The position numbers were made by a program, and so were the translations under genes. Shown here one piece after another: positions 8,869 through 19,266 of a DNA stretch of 64,000 bases. The notes under the pieces were generated by a model that made no database searches, had not been told where the DNA came from, and worked only from the letters and a program-made list of their open reading frames with translations. This DNA comes from Vicinamibacterales bacterium. Its GTDB lineage: Bacteria; Acidobacteriota; Vicinamibacteria; Vicinamibacterales; UBA8438. Each line of letters opens with the position of its first letter. The first letter of the stretch is position 1. The stretch is from the NCBI GenBank assembly GCA_965262925.1, contig CBDHGC010000004.1:145112-209111 (forward strand). Reading direction: 5' to 3'.

Positions 8869-9267
8869 TCTCGCGGACGGGTTGACGCTGGCGATTCACA
8901 TCGTGACCTGTGCCTTGAGAAGCCACAGTCGGGCGCGTAGGGTGCGTCTGTCTGCAGACGCTCCCGGAGGCGTCCGAAACCGGCCGCCGCAAGTGGTCTG
9001 CGCTTGAACCGGACCGGTTCTCGGCGGTCGCCTCTCTGCGCCCGGATGGGCGCTGACGTAGTGAGCGGATGCGAACGGGGCGCGCCTGAGGGCGCATCAC
9101 CGCAACGCATCGCGGCCGGAAGGGAACCGGCGGTGGGGCGGACCGCACAGGAGGGTTTCGGGCGTCGTTGAAGTCGGCTGTCTCCAGCAGCGGCGGCTTG
9201 ACCCGGCGTGCAGTGTCGGTGTTGCAGCTATCGGCTTGAAGCTGAAGGTGAGACATGCGCCTGTTCG

Positions 9268-9534
9268 TCATCCTGCATCCTGGCTCTCGGTTCGAGTCGA
9301 CGGCCGGCTTCGTTTTCGCATCGAGTCTCCCTTCAGGTCGAGCTTGTAGGCATTGTGCACGAGACGGTCGAGGATCGCGTCGGCGAGCGTCGGGTCGCCG
9401 ACGATGTCATGCCACTTGTCGACGGGAACCTGGCTGGTCACGACCGTCGAGCGGACGCCGTGGCGGTCCTCGAGGACTTCGAGCAGGTCGTGGCGGTTCT
9501 CCGCGTTGAACGGGGCCAGCCCCCAGTCATCCAT
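9268..9534 (-). pseudogene. istB: IstB (IS21 helper ATPase) C-terminal fragment, second copy, 5-prime truncated by a RIT-like element end
   Basis: [74 protein letters not shown]. Confidence 0.75.
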
Positions 9535-9690
9535 TAATGTGGAGCTCCACGAGCCTCTTGCAAAAATCGGTAATCGGCCGGGTTTTCTTTGCCGGAAGCC
9601 GCAGGGCGAGGGACGGTCAGTGGGCGGGACGTAGCGTCTGAAGGATGGCGGTAGCGGTCACCGCCGCCGACGAGTCCGAGACGCGGGGGT

Positions 9691-10056
9691 TCATGGGGCC
9701 TCCCGGCCGGTTATGAAGGCAAGCACGCGCGAAGAGAGGCCGCGCATTTCCTTCACGAGCCGCTCCAATTCGCGGTTGTTCTCGATCCACTCCTGGTAGA
9801 GGACAAGTTCGTCTTCGGTGAGCCTCATCCCGACGGTTTTCCCGCGGTCCTTGCGTGTCCAGTAGTGGTAGGGACCGTGCCGGGCGTCCGGGTCGCGGTA
9901 GCAGCGGCAGGTGGTCTTCCCACACGCTATCCGGCGGGTCTGGAGGCTGCCCTGGAAGAGAAACCCAAGCGACTGCAGTTCCGCCTTGAGCGCGTCGTAT
10001 CGCTCCGTGTACTGGCGCATCTGGTCCGCACCGGCCATCGAACCGCAGCTTGACAT
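9691..10056 (-). CDS. IS-borne small Zn-ribbon protein, divergent from the transposase
   Basis: Conserved core MRQYTERYDALKAELQ...CGKTTCRCYRDPDARHGPYHYWT. A paralog (about 70 percent identity by eye) sits at the same position in copy 2 (13600..13977). Confidence 0.6.
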   Translation of the reverse strand: MSSCGSMAGADQMRQYTERYDALKAELQSLGFLFQGSLQTRRIACGKTTCRCYRDPDARHGPYHYWTRKDRGKTVGMRLTEDELVLYQEWIENNRELERLVKEMRGLSSRVLAFITGREAP

Positions 10057-10105
10057 TGCCCCTGCGCGTAAATATACAGTAGCTCGCAGGAGCGGTCAAC
10101 AAGCC

Positions 10106-11245
10106 ATGAATGCCCTGCGCGCCTCGTTCGCCCCCTACTGGGAGTCGATCCAGCGTACGCTGTTCCCGCGGTTGGAGCAGGCGTTGGGTCCACTGACCGA
10201 AAAACAGCAGCAGTTGGTGCAGACCCTGGAGGTCATCCGTATCGAGCGCCTGATTCCCCGGTACTTCCGGGCGCCGGGGCGGCCGCCCAAGGACCGCGCG
10301 GCGATGGCGCGGGCCTTCGTGGCCAAGGCGGTCTACGACCTGCCGTCGACGCGCGCACTGCTGGACCGGTTGGCCGCCGATGTGGCCCTGCGCCGGCTCT
10401 GCGGCTGGGAGCGGAAGTTCGAGGTGCCGAGCGAGTCGGTCTTCTCGCGCGCCTTTGCCGAGTTCGCCGACACGCAGTTGCCCCAGCGCGTGCACGAAGC
10501 GCTGATCCGGGAGACGCACCACGACCGGCTGGTGGGCCACCTCTCGCGCGACTCGACGGCCATCGAGGCCCGTGAGAAGCCGGCCACGAAGGAGAAGCCG
10601 CCCACGCCGCCCAAGCGCAAGCGCGGGCGGCCGAAGAAGGGCGAAGAACGGCCAAAGGTCCTGACACGTCTCGAACGGCAGCCGACCATGAACCTGCCGG
10701 CGATGCTGGACGATCTGCCGACCGCCTGCGATGTCGGCACGAAGAAGAACAGCAAGGGCTACAAGACCACCTGGGTCGGCTACAAGCTGCACATTGACGT
10801 GGCCGACGGCCAGATTCCGATCAGTTGCCTGTTGACGTCCGCCTCCCTGCATGACAGCCAGGCCGCCATTCCGCTGGCGACTCTGTCCGCCGAGCGGACG
10901 ACCAATCTGTATGACCTGATGGACGCCGCCTACGACGCGGAGCAGATCCGGGAGCACAGCCGCTCACTCGGCCACGTCCCGTTGATTGACGTCAACCCTC
11001 GTGGCGACAAGGCCCGGGCGGAGGAACTGCGAACCGAAGCCCGGCGCCTGAAAAATCTCGGCTTCCAGCGTGCCGAGCAGGTTCGCTACAACGAGCGTAC
11101 GGCGGGTGAGCGCGTCAATGGCCGTCTCAAGGACGAGTTCGGTGGTCGCCATGTCCGGGTCCGTGGCACCGCGAAGGTGATGTGCCACTGCATGTTCGGC
11201 ATGTTGGCGCTCACCGCCGACCAGCTCCTGCGTCTGGTGACATAG
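10106..11245 (+). CDS. IS4/IS5-type DDE transposase
   Basis: 379-aa ORF with GYKLHIDVADG, DAAYDA and YNERTAGERVNGRLKDEFG blocks typical of DDE_Tnp_1 transposases. Confidence 0.85.
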   Translation: MNALRASFAPYWESIQRTLFPRLEQALGPLTEKQQQLVQTLEVIRIERLIPRYFRAPGRPPKDRAAMARAFVAKAVYDLPSTRALLDRLAADVALRRLCGWERKFEVPSESVFSRAFAEFADTQLPQRVHEALIRETHHDRLVGHLSRDSTAIEAREKPATKEKPPTPPKRKRGRPKKGEERPKVLTRLERQPTMNLPAMLDDLPTACDVGTKKNSKGYKTTWVGYKLHIDVADGQIPISCLLTSASLHDSQAAIPLATLSAERTTNLYDLMDAAYDAEQIREHSRSLGHVPLIDVNPRGDKARAEELRTEARRLKNLGFQRAEQVRYNERTAGERVNGRLKDEFGGRHVRVRGTAKVMCHCMFGMLALTADQLLRLVT

Positions 11246-11590
11246 CCAACGCGCCGCCGGCAAACGCCCATCCAATCCCGGCGCTCAACCGGCGTCAGTC
11301 ACCCACCGGTGTCCCGACGCTCGGTGGAAAACACGTCGATCCCCTTGTTTTCCGCTTCCTGGCTGCCGCCGGCCCTTCAGGACCAGAACACGGAGTCAAA
11401 ATCCAGAACAATTGGGGTGTTCACCCCGAGAATCGGAGGACTGAGCCGAGCCGCGACCCCAAGAGTTTTGCAAGTGGCTCCCACATTAATGGATTAATGT
11501 GGAGCGATCAGTAATGTGGAGTTGCCGCGGAGAGCGGCGCTCACCCCAAGGCACGGAGAGTCTCCGGACTCCACATTACCGATCGCCTCC

Positions 11591-12609
11591 TCAGAGTGCC
11601 TCAAGCCATTCAAGCACCGACGCGTCTGTGCGCCACAGCGCCGGCCCCGCCGTGGCGCGGGCGGTGGGGCGGGCCTTCGCGAGTGCCTGACGCTTCATGT
11701 CGAGATCGACGGTCGCGTACCGGTGCGTGGTCGTGATGCTGGCGTGACCGAGCCACTGACTGATCGTGACGACGTCGACGCCGGCGCGGAGCAGGTGAAC
11801 AGCCGTGCTGTGCCGCATGCTGTGGGGATGGAGGCGCTTGGTGCGCAAGGCCGGGACGGTGGCCTGCGCGTGGGTGCAGTACTTCTGCAGCAGATAGCGG
11901 ACGCCGAATCGTGTCAGCCGGGTCCCGCGGTGATTACGGAAGACCGGCTCGTCGGATTGCAGCTCGCGGCCGCGTTCGGCCAGCAGGGCACGCAGCAGGT
12001 CGGCGGTCTGGGGCCACAACGGGCAGACCCGCTCCTTCCGCCCCTTGCCCTGCAGGCGGACCTGCGCGGGCGTGTCCAAGCGCAGGTCGGCGACGCCCAG
12101 GGGACGATTTCCTGGACCCGCGCGCCGGTGTTGAACATGGTCGCGAGGAGCGCGTAGTCGCGGCGGCCGTCGACGGTGCCGCGATCGACGACGCCGAGGA
12201 TGGCCTCGATCTCCTCGTGCTCGAGGTACTCCACGAGGCGGCTGCCGGTACGCTTGAACGGGACGGCGAGGACGCGTTGACAGTGTGCGAGTCGTGCTGG
12301 GTACTCCAGGGCGCAGTACCGGAAGAACGCGTGGATCGCGGCAAGGCGTACGTTGCGGGTGGCGACGCTGTTGTGCCGGTCGAGCTCCAGGTACTGGAGA
12401 AACGCGAGGACCGGCTGGGGGCCGAGGTCGTCCAGGTCCAGCCGGATGACGGACCGCCGCGTCTGGGTTGCGACGAAGCGCAGCAAGAGCACCAAGCTGT
12501 CCCGATAGCTCCGGATGGTGTGGGGACTCGTCCCTCGCACCCGGGGCAGGTGGTCGGCGAAGAACGCCCGGAGGGCTCGCGCCAGATCGTTCGGGCCGGC
12601 GGCGGTCAT
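11591..12609 (-). pseudogene. Tyrosine recombinase (third gene of a recombinase-in-trio type element), frameshifted
   Basis: N-part MTAAGPNDLARALRAFFADHLPRVRGTSPHTIRSYRDSL. C-part HPHSMRHSTAVHLLRAGVDVVTISQWLGHASITTTHRYATVD (H-x-x-R, catalytic Y). The frame breaks in a C-run near 12100. The start overlaps the upstream gene stop (ATGA). Confidence 0.75.
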
Positions 12610-12829
12610 CGCGCACCTCCCGCGCCGATGGGTCCGGTGATGAGGTCGCCGCAGTGGTCGGCGAATCGCGCGCTGGCCGCGACCGCGAGGGGTTCGACGA
12701 ACTGGAGGTAGTACGCGGTCGAGACGATCGAGACGTGCCCCATGTAGGCGGCCAGGAAGGGCAGCTTCGCCTGCACGTCGAGTCCGGCGCGATACCACCG
12801 GAGGAGCGCGTTCACGGCGAATCCATGGC
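12606..12829 (-). pseudogene. Tyrosine recombinase C-terminal fragment (upstream trio member), 5-prime truncated at the palindrome
   Basis: RHGFAVNALLRWYRAGLDVQAKLPFLAAYMGHVSIVSTAYYL. Confidence 0.65.
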
Positions 12830-12853
12830 GCTTATTCCGATATCGGAATAAGC
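12828..12853. repeat. 26-bp perfect palindrome at the junction of two opposed recombinase elements
   Basis: CGCTTATTCCGATATCGGAATAAGCG. More TTATTCCG/CGGAATAA copies occur at ~12857, ~12873 and ~12950. Confidence 0.9.
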
Positions 12854-13012
12854 GACATTATTCGGGGATCCGGATTATTCCGAGTCGACTCCGTGTCGAC
12901 GGCGGGAGTGCTCGTAGTTTCAACGTGTTGAGAGGAACCACAGTGTTCGATATTCCGGAATAATCCCGTCTGTCTTCTCCCTCCGTCTTTCCCTCTGCAT
13001 GTCATCAGGAGG

Positions 13013-13459
13013 ATGGAGAAGACCATGTCGATTGACCTCTTTTTCCCCACGTCAGAGAGCCGACAACGGTTACGCGCCGGCCCGCTGGCCCGCGATATCG
13101 ACGGGTTCGCCGCCTGGCTGTCAGTTGAGGGATATGCCCGCCGGTCAGCCCGGGAGAAGCTCCGATTCGTCGGGAAGCTCAGCCGTTGGCTCGAACACGA
13201 AGAGCTTGGCGTCGAGACCCTCGACAAGCAGAGAATCGAGGCTTTCCTGGTCGCTCGCGGGTCAAGGAGCAGCCGGCGTGGCCAGGCAATGACCGGCCGG
13301 CAACTGCTGTGCTACTTGCGCGGGAGCAGCCTCATCCCTGCCGCCGTTTCCTGCCCCGGCAGTGACACTCCGATCGGGCGGATCGAACGAACCTACGAAC
13401 GGTTTCTGGTCGACGAGCGTGGCGTCAGTCCGGCGACGGTGACCAACTATCTGCCCATC
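13013..13459 (+). pseudogene. Tyrosine recombinase N-terminal (SAM-like domain) fragment, cut by IS copy 2
   Basis: SRQRLRAGPLARDIDGFAAWLSVEGYARRSAREK... ends exactly at the IS end (GAGCCTCTTGCAAAA at 13460). Homologous to the N-terminus kept in the 0.9-kb elements at 59 and 62.6 kb. Confidence 0.65.
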
Positions 13460-13599
13460 GAGCCTCTTGCAAAACCCTTGGTCGGCCGGGTTTTCCTACC
13501 CGAGGCAGAGGGAACGGACGGTCAGCGGGGTGGGACGCAGCGTTCGTAGGATTAGGATAGCAGCCGTCACCGGCGCCGGGGAACCGGAGACACGGGGTC

Positions 13600-13977
13600 T
13601 CAAGGGACCTCTGGGACCTCCCGGTCGGTTATGAGGGCGAGCGCGCGCGACGAGACGTGGCGCATTTCCCTCACGACCCGTTCCAGTTCGCGGTTGTTCT
13701 CGAGCCACTCCTGGTAGAGGGCGAGTTCGTCTTCGGAGAGCAGCAGGCTGACCGTTTTTCCGCGCACCTTGTGTGTCCAGTAGCGGTACGGGCCGTGACG
13801 CGCGTCCGGGTCGCGGTGGCAGCGGCAGGCAGGCTTCCCGCACGTGAGACGGCGGGTCTGGATACTGCCCTGGCGGACAAACCCGAGCGTTTGCAACTCC
13901 GCCTTGAGCGCATCGTATTGTTCGCTGTACCGGCGCATCGGGTTCCGGCGGCCCATCGGTTCCCTCCTTGACCTCAC
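13600..13977 (-). CDS. IS-borne small Zn-ribbon protein, paralog of 9691..10056
   Basis: MRRYSEQYDALKAELQ...CGKPACRCHRDPDARHGPYRYWT. Confidence 0.6.
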   Translation of the reverse strand: MRSRREPMGRRNPMRRYSEQYDALKAELQTLGFVRQGSIQTRRLTCGKPACRCHRDPDARHGPYRYWTHKVRGKTVSLLLSEDELALYQEWLENNRELERVVREMRHVSSRALALITDREVPEVP

Positions 13978-14020
13978 TCCTACACTACTATATATAGTAG
14001 GCGCTGGGAGCAGTCAAGCC

Positions 14021-14742
14021 ATGCAGAACCTGCGCGCCTCGTTCGCCGCCTACTGGGAGTCAATCCAACAGGGCCTGTTTCCCCGGTTGGAGCAGGTGTT
14101 GGGTTCGCTGACCGAGAAACAGCAGCAGTTGGTGCAGACCCTCGAGGTGATCCGTATCGAGCAGATGATTCCCTCGCGCTTGCGGATGCCGGGCCGCCCC
14201 CGCAAGGACCGCGCGGCGGTGGCGCGCGCCTTCGTCGCCAAGGCGGTCTACGACATGCCGACCACGCGCCTGCTGCTGGACCGGTTGGCCACCGACGTGG
14301 TGCTGCGCCGCATCTGCGGCTGGGAGCGGCGGCGCGAGATGCCAAGCGAGTCGGTCTTCTCTCGCGCCTTCGCCGAATTCGCCCACTCCCAGTTGCCCCA
14401 GCGCGTGCATGAAGCGTTGCTCCGGAAGACGCACGGCGACCGTTTGGTGGGCCATCTGTCCCGAGACTCGACGGCCATCGAGGGGCGCGAGAAGCCGGCC
14501 GCGAAGGAGAAGTCGCCTCCGCCGCCCAAGCGCAAGCGGGGGCGGCCGAAGAAGGGTGAAGAACGGCCCAAGACACGCAAACGCCTCGACCGGCAACCGA
14601 GCATGACCCTGCAGGAGATGCTCGACGACCTGCCGGCCGAGTGCAGTGTGGGCACGAAGAAGAACAGCAAGGGCTACAGGGACACCTGGGTCGGCTACAA
14701 GTTGCACATCGACGTGGCCGACGGCCAGATTCCGGTCAGTTG
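14021..14742 (+). CDS. Transposase of IS copy 2, exon-like part 1
   Basis: Colinear with 10106..10827 of copy 1, up to ...GQIPVS then TG. Confidence 0.75.
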
Positions 14743-16449
14743 GTGCGCCGTGCGAAGGCGCCATTCCTCAGCGGGTGCGAATCCCGCCCGGCAACTGTCG
14801 CTCCAGCCGGTAGCAGTCGGAGCGGACGATGGAGGTAACGACATCGGCTGAAGCACTCTGATGACAAAGGGTCGCCTTGGGCGGCCCAGCGACCATGCGG
14901 GCGGTAGCGCGAGCGAACGCCGAGCAGGCCTCGAAACGATTGATGCGGAAGCCGACTCGCCCAATTGACGAGGAAGGCTGGCATGGGTCGGGAAGCGAGC
15001 GACGCAGACACCGACCGATTCCGCCGGGGTAGTGGCGACGGCACGCATGGAAGAGGGGAATGGACGCAACACGGGAAGCCCTGGCGGTGGCGTGGCACGC
15101 GCCAACCGACAGCCCGCGAGGGTCAGGTCGGGCCGTGCAGGGTGGCGGAGAGGCCCGTAGTGTGCGCCAGGCAGCGCACTGGTCAGGAGGGTTGAAGTCC
15201 CTCCGGCCCCCGGATGAGGGGGGCCGTATCCAAAGGCGGGGGTAATGCCTCGCCGGCCGCAGGTGGCAGGTATGGAGACACCTACACGGGCACGCAGGCG
15301 AAAGCTGGACACAGCCAAGGTGGACCTGGAGCCGCCACGACGGAACTGCGGAGGACAGGGCGCCCACCGTGAGGTGGGGTCCGAAGGGTTTGCGGAGCAG
15401 TACCGGGCCGTAGTCGAGGGGGCGACCCCATGACGAACCGGTCGGCCAAAGGTGGGGCAAGGTCGAGCCTGCACTACAGAGGCGAAGGCGATCTCATCCA
15501 CCCACCGCACCAAGGTGTTTGCGGGCGGCACGGTATGGAAGACCAGTGCGTGACCCTGGGAGACCTCGGCGGGTCCGCGGGTGGCGCCGCGGCAACTGAC
15601 CCTATAAGCGAGAGCGAAGTGGGAAGGGATGCTCGTCGAGGAGTCGGACGGCCGAATAGTACCTGAAGCGCGGTGAAAGCCGCGTGACCGTCAGGGGGCG
15701 GCAACCGAGTGGGTTGGGGAAGGCGGCCGGCGAAGACGGTCGGGACCAGACAGGACGGTGAGATGAGCAAGGGCGCTGAGGTGGACAGTTCCATGAGTGA
15801 AATACCCCAACATCAGCGACCGAGGAGACTTGCCGACTGGCTGAACCCGACGGGCCGGAGGAGGGTTCCACTCTTTGATTCCTCCATCGGTCCTCATCAC
15901 GCGAAGACGTCTTCGTGAAAGCGGTATGCGGGAAAACCGCACGTACCGTTTGAGCGGCGGACGGAGGCCAGCGCCCGCGGGGCGCGCCTCCTCCGACCCG
16001 ACACCGGGGAAACCGGGTAATGCCGGCGGAGGGAAGGGACCTCAGGTGGACAGCGATGGCGAAAGGGAGCAGGCTCACGGGAGTGGCCGACGGCCTAGTA
16101 CCCCGGAGATGAGCAGAAATGCCGGACGTCATCACATGCACAAGCGAAGGGGACGACCCGAACGGTCGCTGTCGCCAGGGCGTCAACAGGCCTGACGACG
16201 CACCGGCCGGCCTGCGCAAGGGTGCGAGCTTGGTGCCACGGCTCGCGAGACCCGCCCGCTGGTCGTGACCGGGAACTCGTGTGCGAGCCGCATGATTCCA
16301 CTGGAGAGCCCGGTGCCGGAAATCGGCACGCCGGGTTCGGAGAGCGGGGGGAGGAAACGTGTCCACGGGAATCGGCCTGCGGCCCGGCTGCGAAAGCACC
16401 GGATGTGCCACCGACCCCCTACCGGCTACGCGCCTCCCCTCGACTCTAC
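14743..16449 (+). ncRNA. ORF-less group II intron-like insert (1707 nt) with two canonical domain V hairpins, possibly nested or tandem introns
   Basis: Starts GTGCG and ends CTAC. DV-like AAGCGGTATGCGGGAAAACCGCACGTACCGTTT at 15919..15951 and GAGCCCGGTGCCGGAAATCGGCACGCCGGGTTC at 16306..16338 (AGC triad, 2-nt bulge, GAAA loop). No RT ORF. Removing it restores a 1140-nt ORF, the same length as copy 1. Confidence 0.6.
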
Positions 16450-16867
16450 CATCCTGACGTCCGCCTCGCTGCACGACAGCCAGGCCGCCGTTCCACTGGC
16501 CACCCTGTCGGCCCAGCGGGTGGACAATCTGTATGACCTGATGGATGCCGCCTACGACGCGGTGCAGATCCGCGAGCACAGCCGCGCACTCGGCCACGTC
16601 CCGCTGATCGATATCAACCCCCGCCGTGACACTGCGCTGGCCGAAGAACTGCAGACCGAAGCCCGGCGCCTGAAGCGTCTCGGCTTGCAGCTTCCCGAAC
16701 AGGTTCGGTACAACGAACGCACGGCGGGTGAGCGCGTCAATGGCCGACTCAAGGACGAGTTCGGCGGGCGCCACGTCCGAGTCCGCGGCAACGCGAAGGT
16801 GATGTGCCACTGCATGTTCGGCGTGCTGGCGCTCACCGCCGACCAGCTCCTGCGGCTGGTGACGTAA
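16450..16867 (+). CDS. Transposase of IS copy 2, exon-like part 2
   Basis: C then ILTSASLHDSQAAVPL... to the stop. Colinear with 10828..11245 of copy 1. Confidence 0.75.
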
Positions 16868-17806
16868 ACCAACGCCTCGCCGGCCAACGCGCATCCCCTT
16901 CCGGTCGCCCGACAGGCGTCAGTCACCAACCGGTGTCTCCAACGCCCGGTGGGAAAACCCTCGAACTCCCTGATTTCCGCCTCTTGGGTCGCCGCCGGTC
17001 CTCCCGCCCCGCATTCTCGGTCGGGATCCAGGCAAAACGATGTTCACCAGAAGAACTTGTGCTCCGAGCCGAGCTACGCCAAGAGTTTTGCAAGCGGCTC
17101 TGGCGTCTGGCGAATGTCTGGTCAGGCTGCTGCACACGTCCACGAACGGTTACATCCTCCAGCCATACAATCCGGCCCACCACGCGCGGTTGGTAGAGCA
17201 AGGAGAGATCGAAGCGATGCACGTAATCGTGTACTCGCGGAGCATCGGCCCGGACGACCACGCGATGTCGATGTCGGTTTGATGGCTACGGAGAAGATCC
17301 TCTGGACCCACGCATTGCGGACGCAGGAGGGAGAGCAAATGCGGGGACGGGCAAAGACGCCGGTCAGGTCTTGTGCTTGTGGTTCTTGAGGGACACTGAC
17401 TGGGAGGAAAGGATGGGGACCGGGCCGACGTAGTTCGCAAGACCCTGCGGCGTTTTGCCGCGGTTGAGATCCGGTTGCTGCTCGAGGAAGCCGAGCGTAT
17501 CAAGGACCACAAGCTGGTCGAGCACCTGCACGACGTGCTGCCTGGAGCTGCCGGCTGCCCGGCGCGTGCTGCACCAAACCTGCACTAAACCCTACGGCGC
17601 TTCGCCGGGGCGTTGATCGAGGAGCTGTCCACCGGTCGGGTGGCGTGCGGCTGGTCGGCCGCGGCAGTGGGTCTGGTTCGACGTTTCCCGTCGCTGGGTC
17701 TGGGCCGGTCCTACGGCACGGGGTTGCCGGCGACGGACCCTCCGAGGCGATCTTTTGCCGCCGGCTGGCGAAGGGGGGTTCGAGCGGCGGCGGGTTCCGC
17801 GCGGCG

Positions 17807-18302
17807 ATGGCGGCCGAGGTGGACGCGGCGCTGCGGCAGCGCGAGGAGTTGGACCGTCCGCTGCTGACGCGCCGCCGTGATCTCGAGCAGCTGTTCGGCG
17901 TCTCGCGGGGCCCGGGCGGCGACGCTGATGAGGCTGTTCGGCGCGGAGCTGACCGGCCACGCGCTGACGCGGCCGCGTGTCGAGTTGCTGCGGCAGCTGC
18001 GGACGTACCGGAAGCGGGGCGTCTTCCGCGCGGAGGAGCAGCGGCGCGCCCGTCTGCTGACCGAGCTGCGCAAGGCCCGTCTGACCGGTATTCGGGTGCC
18101 GGTTCCGGCCGAAGCGCTTCAGGCGCGGCTGTCGGGCCTGCCGGCGGGCGTGCTCGTCGAGCCGGGCCGGATTGAGGTTCGGTTCGCCGGGGCGAAGGAG
18201 GCCCTGACGCGGCTGTATGCGCTGGCCCAGGCGCTGGTGAATGATTTCGAGGACTTCGACGCGCTCGTCGGCGGGGAGAGGACTTCGAAAGATCGAGACT
18301 GA
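17807..18302 (+). pseudogene. Hypothetical HTH-like protein with an apparent frameshift near 17905
   Basis: MAAEVDAALRQREELDRPLLTRRRDLEQLFGVSRG continues in the next frame as RAATLMRLFGAELTGHALTRPRVELLRQL... to 18302. Confidence 0.4.
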
Positions 18303-18511
18303 AGGGGTCCGTGGATCGCGCTTGCGGGCAATGGCTTCCTTACGCTTTCCGCCGCCGCTCGATCATCACGACGATCGCGCGCGCCACATCGACGCCGGTC
18401 GCGGCCAACCTGGTGAGTCGCGTCGGGCTGGACGATCGCGATGACGATGTTCAAGGTTGGCATGACGGGTTCGGGGAGCTGAGGGTTGAGTGCGAAGAGG
18501 AGAACGGACTG

Positions 18512-18937
18512 ATGGCGCAACAGGAGAGGTCGAGTCGGGTCATGGCCGAGCCCGCCGTCGTTGACATCGGGGCGGCGGGACGTCGGCGACCGCCGGAGCA
18601 CGGCGGTGGGAGTCACGCGCCGGTGGCTGGGGGCACCATGATCGGGCGCGGGGTCGTCATCAAGGGTAATGTGAGCGGGAACGAGGACGTGGAGGTCGAA
18701 GGCGAGGTGCTCGGCACGATCGAGCTGCAGCAGCATGTGGTGACGGTCGGCCCTGGGGGCCGTGTCGAGGCGCAAGTGCTGGCGAAGTCGGTCGTGGTGC
18801 TCGGTACGGGGACCGGGCAGTTGACGGCGATCGAGCTGGTGCGCATCGGCGAGACCGGGTCGTTTGAAGGGGTGATTTCGGCTCCGCGCGTGGTGATTGC
18901 CGACGGTGCGCATTTCCAGGGACGTGTCCAGATGTAG
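18512..18937 (+). CDS. Bactofilin-domain protein
   Basis: IGRGVVIKGNVSGNEDVEVEGEVLGTIELQQHVVTVGPGGRVEAQVLAKSVVVLGTGTGQLTAIELVRIGETGSFEGVISAPRVVIADGAHFQGRVQM matches the beta-helical bactofilin repeat pattern. Confidence 0.8.
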   Translation: MAQQERSSRVMAEPAVVDIGAAGRRRPPEHGGGSHAPVAGGTMIGRGVVIKGNVSGNEDVEVEGEVLGTIELQQHVVTVGPGGRVEAQVLAKSVVVLGTGTGQLTAIELVRIGETGSFEGVISAPRVVIADGAHFQGRVQM

Positions 18938-19266
18938 CGCCGAGGCGGGCCAGCGCGTATCCATTCGATTCGGCGGCTGGTGGTGGTCGGCCAGACCGGG
19001 ATGGGAGTAGAACGAAACCGGTGAAACCGACGAAAGCCCGCCCTGGCGATGTGTTGGAACGCCGCGGCGAGCATGGCGAGGTGGTCACGACGCGCTCGAT
19101 GTGGCGTCGCCGGCCGGCGGGCTCCGGCGCTGAAGTCCAGCGGCGGCATCGACCGGGGTGTGCATGAGACTCGCGGTCCCCGGTCCGGGGCTTTCGCCGG
19201 CTGGGAAGAGTTCCGGCGGAGCCGACCGGCAGGTGGGGGGTGGGCCGGGATTGCGCGCTCGGAAGG

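Larger units (their letters stand above)
9551..11480 (+). mobile_element. IS4/IS5-type (DDE_Tnp_1) insertion sequence, copy 1, intact
   Basis: Ends GAGCCTCTTGCAAAA ... TTTTGCAAGTGGCTC. 4-bp duplication CCAC (9547..9550 and 11481..11484). Removing it restores a 28-bp perfect palindrome CCATTAATGTGGAGCTCCACATTAATGG. Confidence 0.8.
13460..17100 (+). mobile_element. IS4/IS5-type insertion sequence, copy 2 (diverged), carrying an intron-like insert; no target duplication
   Basis: Same terminal motifs as copy 1. Flanks CATC / TGGC do not match, so at least one flank has been rearranged. Confidence 0.75.

Noticed and set aside
14768-14800. tRNA-like T-arm GCGGGTGCGAATCCCGC
   Set aside because: No matching acceptor, D or anticodon arms could be built upstream. 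It lies inside the intron-like insert and is more likely part of its domain I.
17101-17290. Nucleotidyltransferase fragment on the minus strand (…DIDIA / VVVRADAPRVHDYVHRFDL…)
   Set aside because: There is only a DIDIA-type match plus a required frameshift. The piece is too short to call and is left unannotated.
17364-17585. 73-aa minus-strand ORF, possibly a transposase N-terminal fragment
   Set aside because: No diagnostic motif was recognised and the flanks are rearranged.
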